The notes beneath the pieces are model-generated. The model made no database searches, was not told the origin of the DNA, and saw only the letters and a program-made list of their open reading frames with translations. Both the position numbers and the translations under genes were made by a program. 24,000 bases of DNA. Source: Jeotgalibacillus malaysiensis. Lineage in GTDB: Bacteria; Bacillota; Bacilli; Bacillales; Jeotgalibacillaceae. The stretch spans positions 224,684 to 248,683 of the forward strand of contig NZ_CP085252.1 in NCBI RefSeq assembly GCF_044789845.1, in the 5' to 3' direction. This document shows positions 10,271 through 17,404 of the stretch, piece after piece. Position 1 is the stretch's first letter. Each line of letters opens with the position of its first letter.

Positions 10271-11005
10271 GTGAATGATTTGTTTTGGCAAGTCAGTAAT
10301 ACTTTCAGTGAACCATTTTTTGAACTGTTCCATCAGGCGCAAAGCTTTCCGATCATTGCTGCTTTTTTTCTTGGTATTGTCGGTGCATTGGCACCCTGTC
10401 AGTTCACAGGTAATCTGGGGGCTATCGCAATATATGGTAATCGTTCAATTCAGAACAAAATCGCGTGGACTGAGGTTTATTTTTTTATAGTCGGTAAAAT
10501 CTTTGTATTCTCACTCCTTGGTTTTGTTGTCTGGCAGTTTGGAAATGAAATCGAACAAAGCCTGATTACTTACTTTCCATGGCTCAGAAGGATCGTCGGA
10601 CCAATATTAATTGTCATTGGATTATTTTTGTTAGGCATCTTTAAATCACGTTTGGGAGTTCAATTCATAAGACTTCCAGAAAGGTGGTTTAAAAGGGGGA
10701 AGTTAGGTGCTTTTTTAATGGGTGTTAGCTTTTCTCTTGGGTTTTGTCCAACAATGTTCGTTTTATTTTTTGTCACGCTGCTGCCATATTCATTTACTGT
10801 TAGTTACGGCTTTATATTGCCTGCCATATTCTCAGTGGGAACATCACTTCCATTGTTGATTGCGTTATTTTTATTATGGTTTTTTGACATTGAGAATAGA
10901 AACTTAAAAAAGAATGGGAGAAAAATCGGAAACTACGTACAGAAAGCTGCTGGGATATTTATCATTTTTTTGGGGATAATCGATATCGCTACTTACTGGG
11001 TGTGA
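10271..11005 (+). CDS. TauE/SafE or CcdA-like membrane protein associated with metal/thiol handling
   Basis: Six-TM profile; ALAPCQFTGNLGAIAIYGNRS and SLGFCPTMFVLFFVTLL motifs. Confidence 0.7.
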   Translation: MNDLFWQVSNTFSEPFFELFHQAQSFPIIAAFFLGIVGALAPCQFTGNLGAIAIYGNRSIQNKIAWTEVYFFIVGKIFVFSLLGFVVWQFGNEIEQSLITYFPWLRRIVGPILIVIGLFLLGIFKSRLGVQFIRLPERWFKRGKLGAFLMGVSFSLGFCPTMFVLFFVTLLPYSFTVSYGFILPAIFSVGTSLPLLIALFLLWFFDIENRNLKKNGRKIGNYVQKAAGIFIIFLGIIDIATYWV

Positions 11006-11244
11006 CGTAAGCATCTTATGTCAATGATAAATAACCTCTCTCATAATACTTGTTTTGATCAATCTTTTTTATAAAAATTTCATTTATAATAAATTCAACC
11101 TCTTCATTTTAACTGATCTTTGTTTAAAATGAAGAGGTTATTTTATTCTGAAATCAACTTTTGTAGCATGTTTTTGATTAAACTTTTTTTCAAACCTACA
11201 ATAACTTGTTAAAGAATGATAAAGTAGTTTAGATATGGAATTTC

Positions 11245-11285
11245 AACACCCGTTCGCTTATAATTTATATAAGCGAACGGGTGTT
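11245..11285. repeat. 18-bp perfect inverted repeat (5-nt loop) directly upstream of the 11306-12529 gene
   Basis: AACACCCGTTCGCTTATA-attta-TATAAGCGAACGGGTGTT followed by TTTG; about 20 nt before the ATG. Confidence 0.85.
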
Positions 11286-11305
11286 TTTGTTTGGAGGGAT
11301 TTTCA

Positions 11306-12529
11306 ATGGAAGTATCAATTAATAATTTGGATTTTAGTAACATAGATAAAAAATTAAGCCATTTATCTAGAGAGCAAATTGTAGAGTTAATAACAGCATA
11401 TTATGATGGAGAAAAAATTAAGGATCTCTTGTCAGAATATGAAATAAAAACAACCGCATCAAATTTAGTGAAAATATTCCCTTCAGTGTTAAATAATGAG
11501 TATTGTATAAAATGTGAATCGCCTATTGTTATACATCTAGAATCTAGATCGTACTCAAATTATTTTACAAATCATCATGAATATTGTTCTAGTTGTGGAC
11601 ATCAAGAAACATCTTTTTGTAGTTGCGAATTTTGTAAAAAAGAAAGAATGGAAGCAAAAAGATTAGAGGAAGAGCGCCAAAAAAGGTTAATAGAGAAGAA
11701 AAGACAATTATTATGTGATCATTATGAAGAAGATAATTGGGAGATGATTTTAGAGACAGATTTAAGCTTAGAAGATAGACTTTATTTAGCGGTTATATTA
11801 CGAGGTGCTCTTTCAGAAAATACAAGCTATATTGAACCTCTAGAAAAAATTAAAGAGAAAATAGCACCTACAACAGAATATGAGAGAGAGATAATAAAGA
11901 CATTAACAGGTAGAAACATTTTAGTTCCTAGCTTGAAATCAAAAGTAGATGACTTTGAAATAGAGTTTGTATCAGAAGATGAAGAACAATATAAAATTGC
12001 TTACTATATCTATAAAGTTCATTATCGTTTGAATGTCATGCCAGAAGATGACGACTACGATGCTATGATTAAGCGGTTAATGTATCCTCATTTGAAAGAT
12101 GAAGAAGGTTTCAAAGATTTTTGTTACGGGATATGGAGACAAGTTGCACTTAATGAATGCTTACAGTATTTGTTATATCAAATGCATAAAGTGGGCTACA
12201 CATTTAATCCTGGGGAGAAGACGATAAAAGTTTTTGAGGAACTTTTAGAACATTTCTCAGTCTCGCAGATTTATAGCATTATTTATCGATCAGTTGCTAA
12301 CAGCACTCAAAGATATCAAGCTAGAGAAATCACAAAAATACACGCTCAGAATTCAGTCATAGCTTCATGTGAAAGTTATGGTCAACGAGCAATAGCGCAG
12401 GGGTGGAAATTAACTCATTATGCACGCTTAAGAGATTTACCGGAGACGTATATAAGCAATGTATTATTTACATCAATTATGCAAATAGCAGAACTGGGTT
12501 TTTCAGAAAAACCTACGCCAGATTTCTAA
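11306..12529 (+). CDS. Uncharacterised protein with N-terminal HTH-like segment and Cys-rich zinc-ribbon-like region
   Basis: RBS TTTGGAGGG then ATG at 11306 (track start at TTG 11291). Contains ITAYYDGEKIKDLLSEYEIKTTASNLVKIFPSV, then CIKC ... CSSC ... CSCEFC. Confidence 0.7.
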   Translation: MEVSINNLDFSNIDKKLSHLSREQIVELITAYYDGEKIKDLLSEYEIKTTASNLVKIFPSVLNNEYCIKCESPIVIHLESRSYSNYFTNHHEYCSSCGHQETSFCSCEFCKKERMEAKRLEEERQKRLIEKKRQLLCDHYEEDNWEMILETDLSLEDRLYLAVILRGALSENTSYIEPLEKIKEKIAPTTEYEREIIKTLTGRNILVPSLKSKVDDFEIEFVSEDEEQYKIAYYIYKVHYRLNVMPEDDDYDAMIKRLMYPHLKDEEGFKDFCYGIWRQVALNECLQYLLYQMHKVGYTFNPGEKTIKVFEELLEHFSVSQIYSIIYRSVANSTQRYQAREITKIHAQNSVIASCESYGQRAIAQGWKLTHYARLRDLPETYISNVLFTSIMQIAELGFSEKPTPDF

Positions 12530-12610
12530 ATGAAATGAGGAGTTCATATGGCTAAACGTCAAATAGGTTGAACTAATGCAAAAAATCTCTCGGCACATTT
12601 AGGAAGGCGA

Positions 12611-12645
12611 AACATCGGGACGTGTGTTACCCCCAACACGCGCCC
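12611..12645. terminator. Candidate terminator between the convergent 11306-12529 gene and the RT gene
   Basis: GGGACGTGTGTT acccc CAACACGCGCCCC near-perfect hairpin followed by a T-rich stretch. Confidence 0.4.
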
Positions 12646-12702
12646 CTGATTTTTACATCCTTTTTTTAGTATAAAAATCTTCTGTGCGGAAATAGTTAGA
12701 TT

Positions 12703-13620
12703 TTATAAATTGTTTATTTTCGTGTTTATTGATTGAAAAGGGTTAGAACCTTCAACATAGTCAAAAGCTATTAAACATCCTTTTAATTTTGAGATTAATA
12801 ACGTGATATGTTCTGAATCTTGTTTTAACAATGCAGCTTCTAATTCATTATCTAAATCAATTATTTTTTTTCTTAATTTATTCGGAACTTTCATAGTTCT
12901 GTTTTTTAAGATAACGCCAGTTACATTAATTGGCCTATTATAGCTATGAACTGTTTTTTCGGGGTTTACTTGAAAATTATAACTCTCGATGATTCTGATG
13001 ACTTTGCTTTTAAAATGTCTTCCGATAGGCTTATTTGCAGAAAATGTAATATCATCAACATAAACTGTCATAGTAATATTTTCTTGCTTTGCATATTGGT
13101 GAATCTTATCAAACATTTGATAGTAAGATAAAATTGAAAGTAGTGCACTTGTGGGGTAGCCCTGGGGTAAATGTCTATGATTGTGATTAGGTAAAGGTTC
13201 GGTAGTGAGCAGTGTATATATTTTTGCTATGTCAGCTGGCATCTTCATTGCATTTCTAAAAAAGGAATATACATATCTTTCATTTGTAGAGGGATAAAAA
13301 TTTGTTATATCAATCATAAGAAAACATTTATGATCTATATGTGCATTAGCATTGGTTACATAACTTTTTCCTTTGACTCCACCATTAATGTAGTCTGGTA
13401 ATTTAATACTAGATAAATTTCTATTGATCTTTCTGAGGATTCGTTTATATCTGGGTTTTGGAGGGAAAATTGTTCTTTTTTTTTGACCAATTTTATCAAC
13501 GTATGATTTTGTTGAAAAATATTTGTCGATATCTTTAAGTTCATAGATTTTTATTGACAGTAATTCTGAGAGAAACTTTTTATTACTTACCTTGTATAAA
13601 AAGTGCTTTTGAATGTCCAT
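12703..13620 (-). CDS. Retron-type reverse transcriptase
   Basis: 305 aa with GKSYVTNANAHIDHKCFLMIDITNFYPS (NAxxH plus catalytic D), LPQGYPTSALLS, YVDDITFS (YxDD) and INVTGVIL (retron VTG motif). RBS AAAGGTGATC upstream. No maturase domain. Confidence 0.88.
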   Translation of the reverse strand: MDIQKHFLYKVSNKKFLSELLSIKIYELKDIDKYFSTKSYVDKIGQKKRTIFPPKPRYKRILRKINRNLSSIKLPDYINGGVKGKSYVTNANAHIDHKCFLMIDITNFYPSTNERYVYSFFRNAMKMPADIAKIYTLLTTEPLPNHNHRHLPQGYPTSALLSILSYYQMFDKIHQYAKQENITMTVYVDDITFSANKPIGRHFKSKVIRIIESYNFQVNPEKTVHSYNRPINVTGVILKNRTMKVPNKLRKKIIDLDNELEAALLKQDSEHITLLISKLKGCLIAFDYVEGSNPFQSINTKINNL

Positions 13621-13856
13621 CTGATCACCTTTAGTTTAGTTAGATTATAATTAAAGGTAGAGCCGAATAGTTCAAAGAACCTTAAAATTAAACTTGATAA
13701 TTTGTATAATTGAAACAAAGTCAAATTTAATAATTTTAAAAAAGGTTCAATGGAAAGGATAAATGCAAATAACTTAACCGGATAACTGTCAATTAAGTTA
13801 TAAAATTTACTACCTTTCTTTTTATTCCTATCACGTCGACTTACACGAGTATTCAT
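13587..13856 (-). CDS. Small basic, hydrophobic protein overlapping the 5' end of the RT gene (candidate retron accessory/effector)
   Basis: 89 aa; basic N-terminus MNTRVSRRDRNKKKGSK, then two hydrophobic stretches (VKLFAFILSIEPFLKLLNL and LFQLYKLSSLILRFFELFG). RBS AAGGGGG about 8 nt upstream of the ATG; overlaps the RT start by 34 nt. Confidence 0.55.
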   Translation of the reverse strand: MNTRVSRRDRNKKKGSKFYNLIDSYPVKLFAFILSIEPFLKLLNLTLFQLYKLSSLILRFFELFGSTFNYNLTKLKVIRWTFKSTFYTR

Positions 13857-13869
13857 ATGGATGCCCCCT

Positions 13870-14135
13870 TAAAAGTAGTAGGCGTTATTACGCCCCCTCT
13901 GCATTACTTTAAAGGGCTTCGGAGAAATAAATCGACCAGCTCTACCTTAATTAACCAAGAAACCTCTGCTTATCTTGTAGAAGTAATCTCCCAAATAACA
14001 AGCGATATCCTTCTCGGTGGTGCGCCAGTTCGTTGCCCTGAGCGCAGTTGCGCTAGGAGCCGTATTGGGCACAAATTTCCGCCTTAAAGGCAATATAAAA
14101 CCTGCAGAGTAATTTCCTGCTAAATACTCGTGGTT
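13870..14135 (-). ncRNA. Candidate retron msr-msd non-coding RNA
   Basis: Non-coding, hairpin-rich, upstream of RT on the same strand. Distal pairing CTCTGCA/TGCAGAG (+ coordinates 14103-14109 with 13897-13903), extended inward by CUUUAAGG/CUUUAAAG. Internal hairpins AGCGC-AACU-GCGCU inside UGCCC/GGGCA, and GGCGU-AAUA-ACGCC. Exact ends unknown. Confidence 0.6.
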
Positions 14136-14137
14136 CT

Positions 14138-14166
14138 ATTTTAGTATACAATACTTTTTTTGGCAA
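14138..14166 (-). promoter_or_regulatory. Sigma-A-type promoter for the retron-like locus
   Basis: TTGCCA (14166-14161) - 17 nt - TAAAAT (14143-14138) read on the minus strand. Confidence 0.7.
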
Positions 14167-14234
14167 CTTTAGTATTTTATAAGTTAATTGGAAAGGTATG
14201 AGCTTTTTGAATTATTAGCTATCTAAGTGATACA

Positions 14235-14554
14235 GTTGTATATGTGGACGTATATTTTCATCTGCTTGTTGAAAAGCTGAAGCATTTTACAACGAATATG
14301 ATTATCCTGACAGGCGCTTTGAGCAAAGAATGAATTTTTCGAACTGAGTTCCAGAAGCTTTCCTCTATTCCTAATCATGGGGGATAGAATCATCCTTGCA
14401 ATAGGTAAGCATGCGGGTGAAGGCTTTGACAATCCAAGGCTCGATACGATCTTCCTGACAATGTCCGTCTCCTGGAAAGGCACTCTTGCACAGTATGTCG
14501 GACGCCTGTACAGAGCATACGAAGGGCAAGAGTCTGTGGAGGTTTATGAATCAT
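14235..14554 (+). pseudogene. Remnant of a superfamily-2 helicase C-terminal domain
   Basis: First frame: VYVDVYFHLLVEKLKHFTTNMIILTGALSKE*. Second frame: GDRIILAIGKHAGEGFDNPRLDTIFLTMSVSWKGTLAQYVGRLYRAYEGQESVEVYES, the helicase motif V/VI region. The coding sequence is cut off by element B1. Confidence 0.75.
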
Positions 14555-14644
14555 TGTTCCTGTGTTGAACACAACACCCACACAATTTTACTTGTTTATA
14601 TAACCAAAATGAATTGAGTGTGATTTTATTATGACACAGGGATA
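14555..14644. repeat. Short inverted-repeat element B, copy 1
   Basis: Ends TGTTCCTGTGT ... ACACAGGGATA; internal CCACACAATTTTACTTGTTTATATAAC...GAATTGAGTG is shared with copy 2 at 18494-18582. Confidence 0.75.
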
Positions 14645-14786
14645 TTCACAAATTACTAAATGGGAAATTATAGTGATATTTTAAAGGGATATAAATCGCT
14701 TGGTTACTTGACGGTGGAGGAAGCGAAGAAAGAGAAGAAGCAAATGAAGTTGTTTTAAATTGAAAGAGGTTTATTTGGTGAAGGGT

Positions 14787-15191
14787 CTAACTGAAGAATG
14801 AAAATGGGTGAATACGCTCAACACGCAGCCTTTTTGATATTTTGTTAGCACCGTTATCGAGTATATAGAATGAGCTTAAAAATAACCCCTCTGAGTTAAG
14901 CTTAATGGGCAAAATCACATGATCATTCAATACTTTATAAAGTTCAACAGTACCGGGTTCTTTGGGATTTTGACCTGCGTAATCAGGAAGCGAGATCATG
15001 TCGGGTATCTTCTCGTGATAAGTCATAAAGTCATCCCAATGACCTTTTTTCTTCAAATGCTTGAGTACACCGGGAGGCATATGAACTTCCAGGCTTTTGT
15101 ATTGTATTTGATAGTAATCTGTAATCGTCTGAGGTATAAATCCGACGGTTTGAGTGGTAGTAGCGTAAGGGTTTACAGAGATGATGGACAT
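14787..15191 (-). CDS. PBECR-like (phage Barnase-EndoU-colicin E5/D-RelE-like nuclease) small protein, putative
   Basis: 134 aa; HWDDFMTYHEKIPDMISLPDYAGQNPKEPGTVELYKVLNDHVILPIKLN...LFLSSFYILDNGANKISKRLRV resembles PBECR-type domains. RBS GGAAGG upstream of ATG. Confidence 0.5.
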   Translation of the reverse strand: MSIISVNPYATTTQTVGFIPQTITDYYQIQYKSLEVHMPPGVLKHLKKKGHWDDFMTYHEKIPDMISLPDYAGQNPKEPGTVELYKVLNDHVILPIKLNSEGLFLSSFYILDNGANKISKRLRVERIHPFSFFS

Positions 15192-15242
15192 TTATGCAAC
15201 GATCCTTCCTATAGAATATAAGAAGCTGCTAAGAGAGTTATT

Positions 15243-15266
15243 AAAAAAACTCCCAATAAAGGGAGC
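15243..15266 (-). terminator. Intrinsic terminator located in the 5' leader of the PBECR-like gene
   Basis: Minus strand: GGCTCCC-TTTATT-GGGAGTTTTTTT, about 50 nt before the start codon. Confidence 0.8.
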
Positions 15267-15284
15267 CTTAAATTGACACAAAGA

Positions 15285-15363
15285 TTATCTGCAGGGCGGC
15301 AATCCTGATCTCTGGTAACTATCTCAATGATAGCGCGTGGGGAACCTTTCCCACCTCAGATAA
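15285..15363 (-). ncRNA. Structured leader domain upstream of the terminator
   Basis: Closing stem TTATCTG (15285-15291) / CAGATAA (15357-15363) encloses a CTATC/GATAG hairpin and a GTGGG(AA)/(TT)CCCAC hairpin. Orientation inferred from the promoter and terminator. Confidence 0.5.
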
Positions 15364-15408
15364 CCTCTGTGGTATTCATTAGTTTATTCAATCATTCTTG
15401 TTTTATTT

Positions 15409-15437
15409 ATTATACATTAACTGTAAATGGTGGTCAA
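15409..15437 (-). promoter_or_regulatory. Strong sigma-A-type promoter for the leader and PBECR-like gene
   Basis: TTGACC (15437-15432) - 17 nt - TATAAT (15414-15409) on the minus strand. Confidence 0.8.
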
Positions 15438-15460
15438 CTTCAGTGGTTAAGTGGTTACTG

Positions 15461-15602
15461 TCCCTGTCCTGAACACTATTTTGACAATACAAGTCAATTG
15501 CATAAGCAAAAGTAAGAATTGAGTGAATAAAACACTTTATAGATCGTGTTTTGAATAGTTATTTATAGCTTTAAATATTTATAAATGTGTGAAGGACAGG
15601 GA
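15461..15602. repeat. Short inverted-repeat element A, copy 1 (142 bp)
   Basis: TCCCTGTCCTGAACACTATTTTGACAATACAAGTCAATTG ... ATAAATGTGTGAAGGACAGGGA; 10-bp perfect terminal inverted repeats. Confidence 0.85.
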
Positions 15603-15609
15603 GACATCA

Positions 15610-15858
15610 CTATTTACCTTTATCCAATCGTCTCAAAATTATATACCCGAGGATAATTAATACTAATGTCGACAAGAGTAGTACAGCGCTTCCTGTATAG
15701 ATATTTACACCAGAGTGATCGAGTTGAGTTGCTATTTCTCCGTTTGTAATCTTGTTTATTTGAAAATAAGTGAATGGTGACAAATGAGCAATAGAATTTA
15801 GGTATTGAGTGCTTATAATATACCCAACAGCGCCAACTAACAGAGAGGTTGAAAACAC
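15610..15858 (-). pseudogene. C-terminal fragment of an ABC-2-type transporter permease
   Basis: IAHLSPFTYFQINKITNGE...NIYTGSAVLLLSTLVLIILGYIILRRLDKGK is a typical permease C-terminus; truncated N-terminally and bracketed by elements A1 and A2. Confidence 0.6.
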
Positions 15859-15875
15859 ACTCCACTAGACTATTG

Positions 15876-16017
15876 TCCCTGTCCTGAGAACTATTCTGAC
15901 AATACAAGTCAATTGAATAAGCAAAAGTAAGAAGTGAGTGAAAAAAGCGCTTTACAGCTGCTATTTTGAATAGTTATTTGTAGCTGTAAATATTCATAAA
16001 TGTTTGTAGGACAGGGA
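15876..16017. repeat. Short inverted-repeat element A, copy 2 (142 bp)
   Basis: TCCCTGTCCTGAGAACTATTCTGACAATACAAGTCAATTG ... AAATATTCATAAATGTTTGTAGGACAGGGA; same length and same 10-bp ends as copy 1. Confidence 0.85.
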
Positions 16018-16097
16018 GATATTCTATGGCAGTCAACTTGCGAAAGCTGGCTGCCATGAGCACCAAAATGGCCTAAAACAAGATAAAATTCATTTTG

Positions 16098-16136
16098 AAA
16101 AGGCGCTGATCATCTTTTGGATGATCAGCGCCTTTT
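16098..16136. terminator. Strong bidirectional terminator hairpin
   Basis: 17-bp perfect stem AAAAGGCGCTGATCATC-tttg-like loop-GATGATCAGCGCCTTTT. Confidence 0.85.
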
Positions 16137-16403
16137 ATTTTCGTCTTCGGCTAGTTTTTGTCCCAGCCTCGTTGCTGTACTTCTAAAGCAATAAACGTAA
16201 CAAAAACAACTTAATGTAAGGGCTTGAGCGTCGAGTTGATAAAGAATTGATACATAATTTAAGGAAGGTAAAACAAACTAGAATTAAATGATTGACTAAA
16301 GAATGAGTTTTTAACTTGGGAATGGTGGATATTAGTCTGTTTTTTAGTTGGATCTTGAGTTATATGGGCTAAACTCATTAAAAAAGACATTATTTTAGAA
16401 ATT

Positions 16404-16700
16404 TTGTTGTTTGGTACGATAATTATCATTATCATAACAACAACCTTATTAGATGTAGTTGGTTTACAATATAGGTTTTGGGATTATCCAATTGCATTCC
16501 TACCTATTATTCCTAGGTCCTATCCTTTTGATTTTTCAATGATACCTGTAGCCTACATGTTGTTATATCAATGTTTTAGAACATGGAAATTTTTCGCAAC
16601 TGCCCTAATCATTATGGCACTAACTTACGCCTTTATTGGCGAACCTTTAGATTTAGATTGGAGGAAAAAAATTTGGAAGAAGTTAATCTTGGTTTACTGA
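16404..16700 (+). CDS. CBO0543-family membrane protein, probably truncated
   Basis: TTTLLDVVGLQYRFWDYPIAFLPIIPRSYPFDFSMIPVAYMLLYQCFRTWKFF...YAFIGEPL; shorter than usual family members. Confidence 0.55.
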   Translation: MLFGTIIIIIITTTLLDVVGLQYRFWDYPIAFLPIIPRSYPFDFSMIPVAYMLLYQCFRTWKFFATALIIMALTYAFIGEPLDLDWRKKIWKKLILVY

Positions 16701-17356
16701 CGATCAAAATCATCGTAGGTTTTGTCACCTTATTTTTTATCATTATCGTAACAGGAAGAACATCCATCTATCAGTTAACCCCGTTTCACTTAGTTTTTGT
16801 GTTAGTACTTGGAGATTTTTTAGGGAGTACCATTTATGAAGATAAGGTAACGATTTTTCATTTTTTATATGCCATCGGATTGTGGACACTTCTTATGATG
16901 GGAATAGAGTTTTTGACTCTAAAAAATAAATCGACACGTTCTCTCTTATTAGGCGATCCTAACATCATCATTCGGGATGGAGTCATGGATCGAAAGTTAC
17001 TTAAGAAAAACAAATTGGATGTAAATCAAGTATTGAGTTTACTCCGTCAAAATAATGTTTTTTCAGTTAGGGAAGTCAAATACGGTATATTGGAAGCCAA
17101 TGGACAAATAAGTTTATTGTTACAATCCAAGTATAAAAACCCAGAAAAGCAAGATCTCAATCTTCCAGAAAGTCCAGTAAACCTTCCAACATCATTAATT
17201 ATAGATGGGGAAATTTTATGGGATAATTTACATGAACTCGGATTTGATCAACAGTGGTTAGATAACCAATTAACTATCAATGGATATGATAATGTAAAGC
17301 GTATACTCTACGCAGATTGGCGTGAGAGCGAAGGCATACATATAAGTCCCCAATAA
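16673..17356 (+). CDS. DUF421 (YetF-like) membrane protein
   Basis: RBS GGAGG then TTG start. MEEVNLGLLTIKIIVGFVTLFFIIIVTGRTSIYQLTPFHLVFVLVLGDFLGSTIYE...RSLLLGDPNIIIRDGVMDRKLLKKNKLDVNQVLSLLRQNNVFSVREVKYGILEANGQIS. Confidence 0.85.
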   Translation: MEEVNLGLLTIKIIVGFVTLFFIIIVTGRTSIYQLTPFHLVFVLVLGDFLGSTIYEDKVTIFHFLYAIGLWTLLMMGIEFLTLKNKSTRSLLLGDPNIIIRDGVMDRKLLKKNKLDVNQVLSLLRQNNVFSVREVKYGILEANGQISLLLQSKYKNPEKQDLNLPESPVNLPTSLIIDGEILWDNLHELGFDQQWLDNQLTINGYDNVKRILYADWRESEGIHISPQ

Positions 17357-17374
17357 AATTTTGTTTAGAAAACC

Positions 17375-17404
17375 TCCCTGTCCTGAACACTATTCTGACA
17401 ATTT
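17375..17404. repeat. Element A, partial copy (left end only)
   Basis: TCCCTGTCCTGAACACTATTCTGACAAT, matching the first ~28 bp of element A; similarity then stops inside a degraded coding sequence. Confidence 0.7.

Noticed and set aside
12703-13620. RT as group II intron maturase or diversity-generating retroelement
   Set aside because: No maturase/HNH domain, no visible intron domain V/VI, no template/variable repeat pair; NAxxH and VTG motifs favour a retron.
13857-14087. Plus-strand 76-aa ORF across the retron ncRNA candidate
   Set aside because: No plausible RBS, no recognisable family, and antisense to the structured promoter-driven region; best explained as a chance ORF.
14645-14763. 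Short plus-strand reading YKSLGYLTVEEAKKEKKQMKLF after element B1
   Set aside because: Looks like a coding remnant but is too short to assign to any family.
15243-15405. Leader of the PBECR-like gene as a T-box
   Set aside because: No AGGGUGGNACCGCG antiterminator consensus found.
15243-15405. Leader of the PBECR-like gene as a classical type III toxin-antitoxin (ToxIN) RNA
   Set aside because: No tandem ~35-nt repeats and the protein does not look like ToxN; kept only as a loose possibility.
15327-15515. 62-aa plus-strand ORF
   Set aside because: Spans the leader, promoter and element A; no RBS or family resemblance.
15461-16017. Element A copies as a CRISPR array
   Set aside because: Copies are ~142 bp, diverged and separated by a gene fragment; no short identical direct repeats with regular spacers.
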